Assembly: GCA_902384455.1 (NCBI GenBank)
Contig: CABMCB010000025.1
Location: 1-47,687 of the forward strand
DNA: 47,687 nt
Origin: an uncultured archaeon
GTDB lineage: Archaea > Altiarchaeota > Altiarchaeia > IMC4 > SCGC-AAA252-I15
Direction of reading: 5' to 3'
Part shown: one piece after another, positions 8,986 through 19,018 of the stretch
Position numbering within the stretch: the first letter of the stretch is position 1
How the letters are laid out: every line of letters starts with the position of its first letter
Made by a program: the position numbers and the translations under genes
The notes under the pieces: generated by a model
Seen by the model: the letters and a program-made list of their open reading frames with translations, nothing else
Database searches by the model: none
Told to the model about the DNA's origin: nothing

Positions 8986-10154
8986 CCGTCCATAATGTGC
9001 TTTATGTTTTGCCCAACGGCGACCCGAAACGGTCGGCCTCTTACTCTGCTAGAAGTGCCTTCCGGTTTTGCCGTCGCTACTTCTACCTAACCCGTGTGCG
9101 TGGCTGGCGGGTAAAGCACGAAGGTGTTGCCCTTGAGTTTGGGAAGGTTGTTGAGGCCGCGGTGGTCCACCAGATTAAGTACCATACTGGCGGTGTTGCG
9201 GAGTTTGAGCGGCTCTGGAAAAAAGTAAGGGAACAGAAAGACTTTGACAAGCGCGAGTATACCAAGGTTGAACAATCTTGGGAGAATATGCTCCGCATTG
9301 GCCGCGAGTGGCTGATTATCTTCTCCGCCCGCCAGGACATCTATCCATTCCGCCAGGCACAGTTCCAGGTGCCTCTCTCGAAGAAAATTTTCCCCGGTAC
9401 AACGTATGACGAACTCACAAACGTCGCCTATCTTGATATTTTCAGCGAGCCGGAGTCACAACACCCGGCCCTAGTGCGTGTTCCAACAACTACACCGTAT
9501 CGCCGGCTCATCACGGATGTCAAAACTTCCAGCAAGGAACTCGACGAGTCTCTAGTCGCCCTGGACCCGCAGCTGATAGAGTATGCCTGGACTTACGACA
9601 GCGAGGACGTCGGGTTCCTGTGGTTCGTTAAAAAGTCGCATGGTTTCAAGCACGGCAGCCGTGTTACATTACTAACCGAGTCCGGAGGTTGGCCGGCTGG
9701 CACGGAGTTATTTGTGCTGGACCCCGACGGCAAGGAAAACGTGTGGGTTGGTTCCAAAGCAGAGGTGGAATCCTATGCCAGGGCATGTACGGCACCAGAC
9801 GGCACGTCATTCCGTGGTAAGGCCCTAGACAAGGCTGCGGGCGAGTTTTTAGTACAAACGTCGGCGGCCAGTGTCCCCATCTCCAAGGTCAGTAAACAAC
9901 TTGTGCAGTTTGCCACGGCCAGGTTGAACCGGGAGATGATAGAGGACATGGGTAAGGTTGTTGGGCAAACGACGGTTGAGATGGTTGTTGCCCATGAGCA
10001 GGACTTTTATCCGATGGAACCTGGCATTCGCTACCCGACAGACAAGTGCTCTGGCTGTGACATGAGATACATTTGTACCGGCGATACTGAAGGTAGAGAT
10101 GCGGTCCTCACACGTATTGGTGAGGAGTGGTTGGACTCGAACATTGAGGAGTAG
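8982..10154 (+). CDS. PD-(D/E)XK exonuclease (RecB/Cas4/AddB-like)
   Basis: SYS...FC N-terminus, D...DVKT, QLxEY, C-terminal CxxC-x5-C; ATGA-coupled to the helicase. Confidence 0.75.
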   Translation: MTVHNVLYVLPNGDPKRSASYSARSAFRFCRRYFYLTRVRGWRVKHEGVALEFGKVVEAAVVHQIKYHTGGVAEFERLWKKVREQKDFDKREYTKVEQSWENMLRIGREWLIIFSARQDIYPFRQAQFQVPLSKKIFPGTTYDELTNVAYLDIFSEPESQHPALVRVPTTTPYRRLITDVKTSSKELDESLVALDPQLIEYAWTYDSEDVGFLWFVKKSHGFKHGSRVTLLTESGGWPAGTELFVLDPDGKENVWVGSKAEVESYARACTAPDGTSFRGKALDKAAGEFLVQTSAASVPISKVSKQLVQFATARLNREMIEDMGKVVGQTTVEMVVAHEQDFYPMEPGIRYPTDKCSGCDMRYICTGDTEGRDAVLTRIGEEWLDSNIEE

Positions 10155-10158
10155 ACCG

Positions 10159-10461
10159 TTGGCAAACGCTTTTGAGGAAAGGGTTCGTAATTTTCTTGTT
10201 GGGGAAGGATGGCAAGTCCGTAGCAATGGCTGGCCAGACTTCCTCTGTATGCGTCGTGACAAGGATGGAAAACTTTGCCTGTTATTCGTTGAAGCGAAGA
10301 GCAAAGGCGACGAAATCCGGGCGAACCAGGAAATTGTGCTAGATGCTTTGGCTGAAGCAGGAATTCGTGTCTACCTTGTGCGGGAAGGCAGTCAGTATGC
10401 AAACGAACACGGTGGATTTCTGACAGTTGACTGGGCCGAGAGGATGAACTATGGCGGGTGA
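10159..10461 (+). CDS. VRR-NUC domain nuclease
   Basis: GWPDFL...LFVEAKS...Q; GAGGAG before TTG 10159. Confidence 0.75.
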   Translation: MANAFEERVRNFLVGEGWQVRSNGWPDFLCMRRDKDGKLCLLFVEAKSKGDEIRANQEIVLDALAEAGIRVYLVREGSQYANEHGGFLTVDWAERMNYGG

Positions 10462-11458
10462 CATTACACGAATCACGCTCAACGTCCATAATTTCTACAA
10501 CTCGGAAACGATTGAGGCGTTCTCGAATGAAGAGCTCGGCCAGTATGTTCGGTTGATGTGTAAGGCTATTCTCATCGGTAAGGAAGCCTCTCTTCCTGAC
10601 GACCGTAAACTGCTCGCCAAGTATGCAGGGGCCACTGAGCGTAAACTTTCTGATGCGGTCCTCTCACAGTATCCTGTAGTACTCACCGAGTATGGTCCTA
10701 GGAGACGTAACAGTGTTCTGTATGAGGAATGGTGCAAAGTTTGTGAAAAGACGGAGAAGGCTCGTGAGTCTGGTGAGGCAGGGAACAAGAAGAAATCTGA
10801 ACTAAAGCGTTTACAATCAACAAATGAGTTACGCGAACGCGACGCGGACGCTTCGCAAACGGCTCTCGAACGTGACGCGGACGTCACGCTAACAGAACAT
10901 AACAAAACAAAACAAAACATAACAAAACAACACGACCAGGGCGGGTCGCCTAGTGTTGGTGATGTACTGGACGAAACGGCGGCAGGCATGGCCGACGGTA
11001 AACCTGCCGGGCCGATGCGGAAGCCAACCGAGCTAGGATTTTTCAAGCGTGGGCAGTACCCTGGGACAGATGTCAAAGCGATATGGCGACACTGTGCGAC
11101 GGTCTACCGTGAAATTGTTGGTGAAGGTGCTTATCTGCGATTTCCGAACAAGCACCCGGATTACCCCGACCGTTGGGCTGAGTTGTGTGCTGCGGTTTCC
11201 TCCGATATCATTGTACCGGCTTTCCAGTTGTGGGTTGCCAAAGAAGGGAAATACATCAAGACCCAATGGGCGCTGAGCGAGTTCCTGAAAAGCGATACAG
11301 CAGCGCGATATTGTGAGATGGTAAAGCCGAACAACGAACTGAAGCCGAAGATTACTGAAAATGTAATCAAGGCAAGCGCTGAGTATGCAATCAAGAAAGA
11401 TGCCGCGCTTTGGGATGCCAACACCAAAAGCAGTGAGCCCGGGCCGGAGGAGTTCTAG
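10451..11458 (+). CDS. Replication initiator (YdaU/DUF1376-like N-terminus)
   Basis: SNEELGQYVRLM...SLPDDRKLLAK pattern; upstream of primase-helicase; internal repeats. Confidence 0.65.
   Translation: MAGDITRITLNVHNFYNSETIEAFSNEELGQYVRLMCKAILIGKEASLPDDRKLLAKYAGATERKLSDAVLSQYPVVLTEYGPRRRNSVLYEEWCKVCEKTEKARESGEAGNKKKSELKRLQSTNELRERDADASQTALERDADVTLTEHNKTKQNITKQHDQGGSPSVGDVLDETAAGMADGKPAGPMRKPTELGFFKRGQYPGTDVKAIWRHCATVYREIVGEGAYLRFPNKHPDYPDRWAELCAAVSSDIIVPAFQLWVAKEGKYIKTQWALSEFLKSDTAARYCEMVKPNNELKPKITENVIKASAEYAIKKDAALWDANTKSSEPGPEEF
10834..10933. repeat. Probable replication origin inside the initiator gene
   Basis: Two 17-bp direct repeats CGAACGYGACGCGGACG (10834, 10867), palindrome CGTGACG-cgga-CGTCACG, then eight AACAN pentamers (10891-10930). 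Confidence 0.55.
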
Positions 11459-13440
11459 TGGCAGACCTAAAGAAACTCAAGAAGCAGATTGACGTTGTTG
11501 CTGTAATTGGCGCCCGTGTGGAACTCCACCAACAGGGGAGTCATTACATGGCCTGCTGCCCGTTCCACGGCGATAAAACCCCATCCCTCAAGTTGGATGA
11601 CCGGCAAGGGGAATGGTTGTGGAAATGCTTTGGCTGCGGAGAAGGTGGTGACGTTATTGAGTTTGTGGAGAAGTTTGACCACTGCGATACTAAGACAGCA
11701 ATCGAGAAGCTGGAAGCGTTGGTGGGCAATACAGAGTGGAAGGAAGAAGCCGAAAAGGTCCGCAAGAACTTTTCTGAACTCGGGAGCCTTACCGGCAAAA
11801 AGAAAACTGTCATCCCGCTGGAAAAGTGGCAAGCGAAGGTTGACGCACTGTGGAAGAACGACGCCGGTTTGAAATGGCTTCGTGAAGTGCGCGGGCTTGA
11901 CGATGAGACAATCAAAAGACTGCGGTTCGGCTATGTTCAAACGCACGTCTATAACATTGGGGAAGACAACGAGGAAATCCGGGACAAGGGATGGATTGCT
12001 ATCCCAAGGGTTGACGGGGATAAAGTTGTTGCGGTGAAGTTGCGCTCTATCGTGTCCAAGTGCTTTTCCCAGGTCAACGGTATGGACTCTCGTGCTTTGT
12101 TCAACATCGAAACAATCAGCCCATTGGACCCGGTTTACCTGACCGAAGGCGAATTCGATGCGGCCATCCTAGAGATGCTTGGCTACCGGGCTGTGAGCCT
12201 GACATCGGCCAGCAGCACGGTGGCGACGGATGACCGCATCAAACTGAAGACGGCGGAGCGGATATATCTTGCCGGCGACAACGACAATCCAGGGCTGGAA
12301 TCAATGGCGAAACTCGCCAGGGAGCTCTGTGAAAATACGCATATCCTGCTGTGGCCAGATGGCGCTAAAGATGCAAACGATTACTTCCGTGACGTTTGCA
12401 AGCGGGACATGACAGCGGCGAGCAAAGGGATTGAGACACTTTCCAAAGAGGCCAAACGGCGGGCGCCTGAAGGCTTCATCTCGTTGATTGAGGCATTGCG
12501 CAAACAGGAAGATTCGGACTTGGCAAATGACCCGGACCGGCTTTATCTACCTGAGCGACTGCATTATGCCGACAATATGTCGTATACCACCCGCGGTGGC
12601 ATCATGTTGCTTTACTCGACATATTCCGGCACAGGTAAGTCTATGCTCAAGACCGACATCCTACTCCAAGAAGCAAAGCGGGGACAGGTGGTTGTTGACC
12701 TCTCACCGGAAATCCGGGACACAGAATATCTTGCTTTGGTGACCTCACAGCTTATCGGGCCGCGCATTGGTGGGCTCAAGCGCACTGGTAAGATGGACAA
12801 GAAATACTTCATCCAGGCAGCCGACCTGCTTGACCAACCAACCCTCAAAGGCACGGATTTCCGGTACTACGTTGGGCATAATGTGATTGGGCAGACTGAA
12901 GACGAAATCATTCAGTTCCTCGAGAGTACGATTCGCACACTAGGTGCCACCCGCTTTGCGATTGACACGTTTCACCGGCTTGTGTTTGCTGAAGGTAAGT
13001 CGCAGGCACAGGCAGAAGGAACTTTGGCGAAACGCATTGAGGCGCTCGGCCGCACTTACGGTACGATTTTCATTTTCATCTGTCAGTCCAATGCCGAGGC
13101 AGAGGGGCTGGATAACCTCAAGAAGAACGAGCATGGTGTGCTGCGCGGTAGCCGGGAACTACGAGATGTCGCCGATACGATTTACCTACTGCACAGGAAT
13201 CGCCGGCCACAGAAGGACGGCGAGAACCCAGAAGATATCCTGGACAAGGAAGCCGGCTTGTTCCTCAAGAAAACCCGCTACAAAGGCACGTCGTTCCCAC
13301 AGACCAGGATGCTCCTGCAAGAAGAGAATTCCCTTTTCGTGGAGGCTAAGGACGGTGACCCCGGTCCGCAGTCCGCACCTCCGCCACGGCAGTCGTCTGA
13401 GGAAGCAAATTTCATGTCCGGCAGTGAAAACGTCTATTGA
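11458..13440 (+). CDS. DNA primase-helicase (CHC2 Zn finger, TOPRIM, SF4 helicase)
   Basis: CPFHGDKTPS...CFGC; EGEFD, GDND, KDAND; SGTGKS Walker A; LRGS motif. Confidence 0.9.
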   Translation: MADLKKLKKQIDVVAVIGARVELHQQGSHYMACCPFHGDKTPSLKLDDRQGEWLWKCFGCGEGGDVIEFVEKFDHCDTKTAIEKLEALVGNTEWKEEAEKVRKNFSELGSLTGKKKTVIPLEKWQAKVDALWKNDAGLKWLREVRGLDDETIKRLRFGYVQTHVYNIGEDNEEIRDKGWIAIPRVDGDKVVAVKLRSIVSKCFSQVNGMDSRALFNIETISPLDPVYLTEGEFDAAILEMLGYRAVSLTSASSTVATDDRIKLKTAERIYLAGDNDNPGLESMAKLARELCENTHILLWPDGAKDANDYFRDVCKRDMTAASKGIETLSKEAKRRAPEGFISLIEALRKQEDSDLANDPDRLYLPERLHYADNMSYTTRGGIMLLYSTYSGTGKSMLKTDILLQEAKRGQVVVDLSPEIRDTEYLALVTSQLIGPRIGGLKRTGKMDKKYFIQAADLLDQPTLKGTDFRYYVGHNVIGQTEDEIIQFLESTIRTLGATRFAIDTFHRLVFAEGKSQAQAEGTLAKRIEALGRTYGTIFIFICQSNAEAEGLDNLKKNEHGVLRGSRELRDVADTIYLLHRNRRPQKDGENPEDILDKEAGLFLKKTRYKGTSFPQTRMLLQEENSLFVEAKDGDPGPQSAPPPRQSSEEANFMSGSENVY

Positions 13441-13465
13441 TGGACGGTGTTAGTGCCGGTATAAT
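13437..13465 (+). promoter_or_regulatory. Sigma70-like promoter for dnaN
   Basis: TTGATG-17-TATAAT; AGGAG RBS downstream. Confidence 0.7.
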
Positions 13466-13491
13466 TACCAAATCAGGAGAGGTAACAACGT

Positions 13492-14622
13492 ATGAAAATC
13501 CAAGTCAAGGCCAATGAGCTTGCCAAGAAGTTGCAGCGGGCTCTTGGAGTAATCCCGGCCAAGCCGACGATTCCCGTGCTCGCTTACGTCAAACTGGAAA
13601 CTACCAGCGCGACGACGGCAACTCTGTCTGCACTGGACCTCGGCATGGCAATCATCCAGACCATCAGCGTTGCCCTGGTTTCCACGGAACTCGGGACGAT
13701 ACTGTTGCCCGCGCGAGTTTTGTCCCAGTTGCTCGCCCCGCTGCCTTCCGATGCGGTGGTGACGATTGAAAACCAGGACAAGACCATCGTGGTCAAGTCT
13801 GGCAAGCTGTTGAAGGAAGCAAAGTTGCCCGGTATGGACGTTGCACTGTTCCCTGCCATTGACCCGCGGCCGGCGACTACTGCAAACTTCAACTCGGCCG
13901 CTTTCAAGAAGGTCATCGGGCGCGCTGAATTTGCCGCGCCAACCAAGCAAGGACGGTCTACAGTGCCTTCCGTGCTGCTTGAAAGCACCGCGGCATACTT
14001 GCGCGGTGTGGCGACAGATGGCGCTCGTGTGGCCGTTGCTGATGTGAAAGGCGCCGGCGCCGGAGAGCTGTCAATCCAGTTGCCCAAGAGTTTTCTTGCT
14101 GTGCTGAAAGAAATTACTGGTGAGGTCATCCAGTTCAGCCAGTCGGAAAATAACTTGTTCTTCGCCACGGAGAGCGAGACGATGTTCGTCCGTGTTCCGA
14201 CCACCAAGTTCCCGCCTTATCAGAAGGTGCTTGCGTTCGCTGATTACGTGTCGGAGTTTGACATCGCCGTGCCGAGCTTCAAGACCTCCCTGGACATCAT
14301 CGCGGTTACTGCGGACAGCAAGGCACCCGCGGTTGTCGTTACCGCAACGGCGGAAGAACTCAACCTCGCTAGCAGTAGCGCAGCGGATGGCATGACGGAC
14401 TCCGCGGTTGATATTAAACTGCAAGGTCCGGCAAACAAGGCTCGTGTGAACCTATCCTTCGTTAACGAATTCCTCGGCCAGTGCGAGGGTTCGGTGAAGG
14501 TCCAGATGTCCAATCCCACGTCCCCGGTGCGTATCACCTCTGGCGACGACTACCAATACTTCATCATGCCCATGCTGGAACAAGCACCGGCAACTGAAGA
14601 GAAGAAAAAGTCCAAGGGGTAA
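13492..14622 (+). CDS. dnaN: DNA polymerase III beta sliding clamp
   Basis: 376 aa; PTIPVL, VATDGARV, FPPYQKV, C-terminal YFIMPM. Confidence 0.9.
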   Translation: MKIQVKANELAKKLQRALGVIPAKPTIPVLAYVKLETTSATTATLSALDLGMAIIQTISVALVSTELGTILLPARVLSQLLAPLPSDAVVTIENQDKTIVVKSGKLLKEAKLPGMDVALFPAIDPRPATTANFNSAAFKKVIGRAEFAAPTKQGRSTVPSVLLESTAAYLRGVATDGARVAVADVKGAGAGELSIQLPKSFLAVLKEITGEVIQFSQSENNLFFATESETMFVRVPTTKFPPYQKVLAFADYVSEFDIAVPSFKTSLDIIAVTADSKAPAVVVTATAEELNLASSSAADGMTDSAVDIKLQGPANKARVNLSFVNEFLGQCEGSVKVQMSNPTSPVRITSGDDYQYFIMPMLEQAPATEEKKKSKG

Positions 14623-14625
14623 TCA

Positions 14626-15288
14626 ATGGGCTTGTCCCTGCCGCGACCCTCAGAAGGTGGCCTCTTAGCTCTTGTCGAGCAGGAGGCCGCCCTCCTCAAG
14701 AGTGGTGAAATCAATCTGCTCAAGGGCTATGCTAAGTTCGCCCGCCTGCTAGTGATGGTGAAGTTCAATGAATCCTGGCGGGAGGCTGGCCATTCCAGTC
14801 TCAATGCCTACATCCTTGGCCTGTCTGAAAAGTATGGCCGTAAACCGCAGACGATATATGCCTACATGGCAGCGGCGGAGAAACTCCTACCGATTGCAGG
14901 GGAAGATGGGCTAGACCGGATGGGCATTACCAAGGCGATGGAAATTGTTCGGGGAGCGAACAAGTCGAAGAAGGACATCAGCCGGGAACTCGTCCTAGAA
15001 GCAATGAAAGATGAAGTGACGGTGGACGAGGTGCGTGCCTTGGTCCACAAGTTTTTCGAGCTCAACGGCGAAATGCCGAAGGGCAAGTATGTTGACGTTG
15101 GCGGATTCTATGCCGACGAAGAGCAATACAAGATTTTTGTGGAAGCTGTGAAGATTTCGATGCGTGTTTTGAATCTTCCGGCGGAGATGCCGGACCATAT
15201 CAAACGGATGCGTATTATTCTGTTCTGGGCGGCTGAGATTACCGGCACATATGCCGCGGAGGTCTACGGTGAGCAGGGAGTTGGTTGA
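14626..15288 (+). CDS. Hypothetical protein, possibly DNA-binding
   Basis: 220 aa packed ORF with an HTH-like segment GRKPQTIYAYM. Confidence 0.6.
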   Translation: MGLSLPRPSEGGLLALVEQEAALLKSGEINLLKGYAKFARLLVMVKFNESWREAGHSSLNAYILGLSEKYGRKPQTIYAYMAAAEKLLPIAGEDGLDRMGITKAMEIVRGANKSKKDISRELVLEAMKDEVTVDEVRALVHKFFELNGEMPKGKYVDVGGFYADEEQYKIFVEAVKISMRVLNLPAEMPDHIKRMRIILFWAAEITGTYAAEVYGEQGVG

Positions 15289-15712
15289 GGTTGGTCCGAC
15301 AGGGTTGGCAATCCGTATCTTCCGCACCAAGAAGGCCGCGGTGCTTTACCAGCTCCGTCCGTCTCACGGTATGAACGAGCCTATCATCCGGCAGATGGAG
15401 AAGTTCCAGGCTGTAGGAGAAATTCGCCGACAGGTTTTCAAGAGAGATGAATACGCGTGCGTCAAGTGTGGCAAAGAAGTTATATGGGAAGCGGGGTTCC
15501 CAAACTCCGGTGAAATGGATGAGCGTCAAGCGCGTGGGAACTGTGTTCAGTCACCGGATGGGACTTACCAGAGTGGAGAGGTTTCGGTTGCTAATTGTCA
15601 GACCCTTTGTAGAAACTGCCATACGGGAGCGGGTGGCAAGCAGGACCGTTCACCAAGTTTTACGAAGAGCGTTGCCAAAGTGATTGATTCCATACCGGAA
15701 TGGGGAAAATGA
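15281..15712 (+). CDS. HNH endonuclease-like protein
   Basis: VFKRDEYACVKCG...NCQTLCRNCH; start uncertain (15251 or 15281). Confidence 0.7.
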   Translation: MVEVGPTGLAIRIFRTKKAAVLYQLRPSHGMNEPIIRQMEKFQAVGEIRRQVFKRDEYACVKCGKEVIWEAGFPNSGEMDERQARGNCVQSPDGTYQSGEVSVANCQTLCRNCHTGAGGKQDRSPSFTKSVAKVIDSIPEWGK

Positions 15713-16104
15713 GGAAATGCCCACATGGAGTATTTTGGCCAGATGGCCAGGAGAAGGCACTATACTGCACCTTCTGCAACCCTAGTGGGAACCCCGACGC
15801 CAAAGTCATCCCAGAGTTCAACCGTCGCGGGGCACTACATCTCACCGAAACAGGGCGCCTCCCAAAATGCCCTACTTGCCATACGGCACTCTTGGCGGTG
15901 TCCAACGGCGGGCGGTGTGTGGTTTGTAAGACTGAGCACGAAATTGTGGCACCACACAAGTTACGCGCGAACAATAAGCAACCCGGTTTGTGCCCATCGT
16001 GCGGCAGTGGGGTCCACATAGAGATTGACGGCCGCACTTGGAAGTGCGCCGACTGTGCTACACCGTTCAAGGCGTCGAAAGAATTGATGAAAAGGTTGGG
16101 ATGA
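15709..16104 (+). CDS. Multi zinc-ribbon protein with CxHGV...YCxFC motif
   Basis: KCPHGVF...LYCTFCNP plus four further CxxC pairs. Confidence 0.65.
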   Translation: MRKCPHGVFWPDGQEKALYCTFCNPSGNPDAKVIPEFNRRGALHLTETGRLPKCPTCHTALLAVSNGGRCVVCKTEHEIVAPHKLRANNKQPGLCPSCGSGVHIEIDGRTWKCADCATPFKASKELMKRLG

Positions 16105-16658
16105 ACGCACTGACTGCAAAAGCGGAACTGTCGGCATACTGGCGGTTTGTCCGTCAGATGCCTGTGGTGGCGGTCGAAGCGCTAGACGAGGACCTCCTCA
16201 TCCTGAATAGGCGACGGCGACTGATTATTTGCGAAGTGAAAGTCAGCATCGCGGACATGCGGCACGACATCGAGAAGCAGAAGCACGACTACATTTACCG
16301 GGAACTCGGGTTGGACAAGCTCCCTGGACAGAAACCAATCAAGGATTGGGTACCCTGGGAAATACCGAGCATGTTCTACTTTGGTGTGCCACGCGAAATT
16401 GAGGTGAAGGCAAGGGAAGTGCGCGATGAGCTTTACCCGTATGCGGGTTTGCTGTCCATCCGAGGTGAGGGTACCCCACACTTTCGCGGCCACCGGATTG
16501 CCGTCATATATGGCGCGAAGATTATCCACAAGAAGCCACTCACCGAAGCACAGATTGAACGTGTAGTGAAGGCACAGTCAGCGTCCATTGCAAACGCATA
16601 TTCTAAGATTGCGTCCTGGTCCCCGCTTGTCGAGGCTTACACGAAGGTGCGCGAATGA
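16101..16658 (+). CDS. MmcB-like PD-(D/E)XK protein
   Basis: D...EVKVSIADM..D..K, FYFGVP, YAGLL. Confidence 0.6.
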   Translation: MNALTAKAELSAYWRFVRQMPVVAVEALDEDLLILNRRRRLIICEVKVSIADMRHDIEKQKHDYIYRELGLDKLPGQKPIKDWVPWEIPSMFYFGVPREIEVKAREVRDELYPYAGLLSIRGEGTPHFRGHRIAVIYGAKIIHKKPLTEAQIERVVKAQSASIANAYSKIASWSPLVEAYTKVRE

Positions 16659-17479
16659 CCTGGCACCCGCCGAAGTTTGATAAACATGCCTTCGCTGGCA
16701 AGCGCTCGAAAGCCGTGTCCGCCACCAAGACCCGGTCCGGGTGGGATTCTACCGGCATCTCGTTTGGCGACCTCGGTAGTATGCACATCGCCCGTCGGGA
16801 ACGCAGGCAAGAGCGCCGGCTTCCAACACCGAAATGGGCTGTGCGCAATGATTGGTTGCAGGAACTCATCGTCGCCTATCTTGAAGAACGGTTCTACGTC
16901 AAACCGAATTATCTGCTGACCCTGATTGAACGGCTGAAGGTGGCGCGGGCCGCGGCAGAATACTACTGCCCGCAGAAGCGAGTGCTGCTGGAAGAATGGC
17001 TGGAAGATTATCATAGCCTCTGTGTTTATGGACGGCGGGATTTGACAGATGAAGAAGCCATTAAAGCCTTTGCCACCTTGCGTTGTAACAAAGGGCAACT
17101 GCCGTTGAACGCAGACATTGCCAGGGAGTATCTGGCACAGAAGAAAATCCACGACCTTGAAATCCAGATTCAAAACATTGACACCGATATCGTCTTGACT
17201 GAACGTGGTCATGCAGAGGTTATTGCCGCCATCGTGTATTTGTATTATCGGCTTGGGTGGGACTCCGTTGCTGTTGCCGAACAGTTGGCGCTGAAGAGCC
17301 CACACGTCCGCCAGGTGCTCGCCCGCTTGCATGCTACCTGGAATCAAACCCTGTCACATCTCTGGCCTCAAATTGATGAGGCCGGTGAAGACCAAGGGAA
17401 CCGTACCAGCGGAGTTCACGGTGCTGGCCCGGCCGAGTCGCTGCCCGAGGAACCACTAGAAAGGTTCTTCAATGCATAA
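16655..17479 (+). CDS. Protein with C-terminal sigma-region-4-like HTH (possible transcription regulator)
   Basis: IVYLYYRLGWDSVAVAEQLALKSPHVRQVLARL. Confidence 0.5.
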   Translation: MTWHPPKFDKHAFAGKRSKAVSATKTRSGWDSTGISFGDLGSMHIARRERRQERRLPTPKWAVRNDWLQELIVAYLEERFYVKPNYLLTLIERLKVARAAAEYYCPQKRVLLEEWLEDYHSLCVYGRRDLTDEEAIKAFATLRCNKGQLPLNADIAREYLAQKKIHDLEIQIQNIDTDIVLTERGHAEVIAAIVYLYYRLGWDSVAVAEQLALKSPHVRQVLARLHATWNQTLSHLWPQIDEAGEDQGNRTSGVHGAGPAESLPEEPLERFFNA

Positions 17480-18131
17480 AATCCTTGTTGGTATCAAGTC
17501 CTGCTGGAAATATGCTGACCGGCGTCAAGCATGCCGAGAGACTTGGTTGCGGGACTGCGCATGGCCCTATAGGTTCTACGTCGGTCAGCACAAACCTTTG
17601 AAGCCGTTCGGTTCTTTGACTTCCAATCTAACGGGTGAACAGGACATTGAGTGTGTTGCTGTTCCCGATGACTTCAAGAACATTGGGCCGAAGATTCAGC
17701 GCATGGCGCAGTGGGCTGTAGAGGAAAAGGCAAGCCACCTAATCGTTGCTGATGATGACACCTACTGGCGGCCGGAGCGAGTGAAGGCTTTGCTTCGTCG
17801 CACGGAAAAGATTGGCGCGGACGTCTGCGCTCACATGCGTGTTGACCCCATCTATCCGCAAGGTTCCTTCTATGTTTTGCGGCCGAAGGCATATACCGCT
17901 CTTGCCGGAAGCCTATTGATGGACGTTGCCACGGTACCAGATGATGTACTCGTTGGCAGGGTGCTTTTGAATCATGTTGTCTGGCACCATACCAACGACA
18001 TCCATGTCGGCCCGAGGTGGTCCGAACAGCAGCCACGGCCATGTAATGACATAGTGTCAACCCACAAGTGTTTGCCAGCAGACATGCTGCATGCACATGA
18101 ACTTTGGAAGTCAGCATATGGGATTAGTTAG
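17472..18131 (+). CDS. GT31/Fringe-like glycosyltransferase
   Basis: RRQACRETW, ADDDTY (DxD), DDVLVG, STH. Confidence 0.75.
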   Translation: MHKILVGIKSCWKYADRRQACRETWLRDCAWPYRFYVGQHKPLKPFGSLTSNLTGEQDIECVAVPDDFKNIGPKIQRMAQWAVEEKASHLIVADDDTYWRPERVKALLRRTEKIGADVCAHMRVDPIYPQGSFYVLRPKAYTALAGSLLMDVATVPDDVLVGRVLLNHVVWHHTNDIHVGPRWSEQQPRPCNDIVSTHKCLPADMLHAHELWKSAYGIS

Positions 18132-19017
18132 GGTAAAGCTCAAAAGCAACGGCAGTACCCCGGTGCTCGATGCCGGCGCCGCCTATACCCTCATCAAACT
18201 AGGTGCGGCGACGTACATTGAGGGCACTCTACCGACCGAAGTGCCCGTTGAAACGACCGGGTTCGGGCAGGCCAAGCGGCTAATTGCTATCATCACGTGC
18301 CACGGTAGGAAGTTCTTAGAGCAGGCCGAATCACAGCGACTGACATGGGTTCCGGAATGTGCGAAGTACGGATTTGACGTCCGGTTCTTCCTTGGGAAGT
18401 CAGAACGGCCAGCACGTGAAGATGAGATTTACCTTGACGTTGACGACGGGTATGCCGGGCTTCCTGCAAAGGTCCGGGCGATGTTCGCTTGGTCGGTTGA
18501 GCACGGTTACGACTACACCCTCAAGACGGACGATGACGTTTACATCATTCCATACCGGCTCGATAAGGCCCCAGTTGCACCGCACGACTTCGTCGGCCGA
18601 TTTCGTGTGCCGAGCGGTGGCTACCCTGCGGAATATGCAAGTGGCTTCGCCTATTGGTTGAGTAAGAAGGCCGCTGGCCATGTTGCCAACGCCCCGTTGA
18701 ATCCAGATTGGGCAGAGGATAGATATGTTGCCAATGCTCTAGCCATAGAGGGTATCTTCGGGATGTCTGACTGGATTAGCTATGTCGCGCCAGCCCCGCC
18801 TCTAGCGCCAGATGTCATCATCCGTTGTGGTATTAGTGCTGCCACCGTATTTTGCCAGTTCAACGCAAAAGAAATGGGCCGTATGCACCTCCTGTTCAAG
18901 AGCCGGCCAGCGATGTTCTCGCCGCCAACGTTGAGAGAAGCTCCGCGGCGTCCTTGCACACTTGAACAATTGATGAAGCCATGCCAAGATAAAATCCCGA
19001 ATAGGCTAGGAGGCTAA
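18118..19017 (+). CDS. GT31/Fringe-like glycosyltransferase with N-terminal extension
   Basis: QRLTW, RFFLG, DGYAGLPAK, KTDDDVY, YASGFAYWLS, AEDRYV. Confidence 0.8.
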   Translation: MGLVRVKLKSNGSTPVLDAGAAYTLIKLGAATYIEGTLPTEVPVETTGFGQAKRLIAIITCHGRKFLEQAESQRLTWVPECAKYGFDVRFFLGKSERPAREDEIYLDVDDGYAGLPAKVRAMFAWSVEHGYDYTLKTDDDVYIIPYRLDKAPVAPHDFVGRFRVPSGGYPAEYASGFAYWLSKKAAGHVANAPLNPDWAEDRYVANALAIEGIFGMSDWISYVAPAPPLAPDVIIRCGISAATVFCQFNAKEMGRMHLLFKSRPAMFSPPTLREAPRRPCTLEQLMKPCQDKIPNRLGG

Positions 19018-19018
19018 A

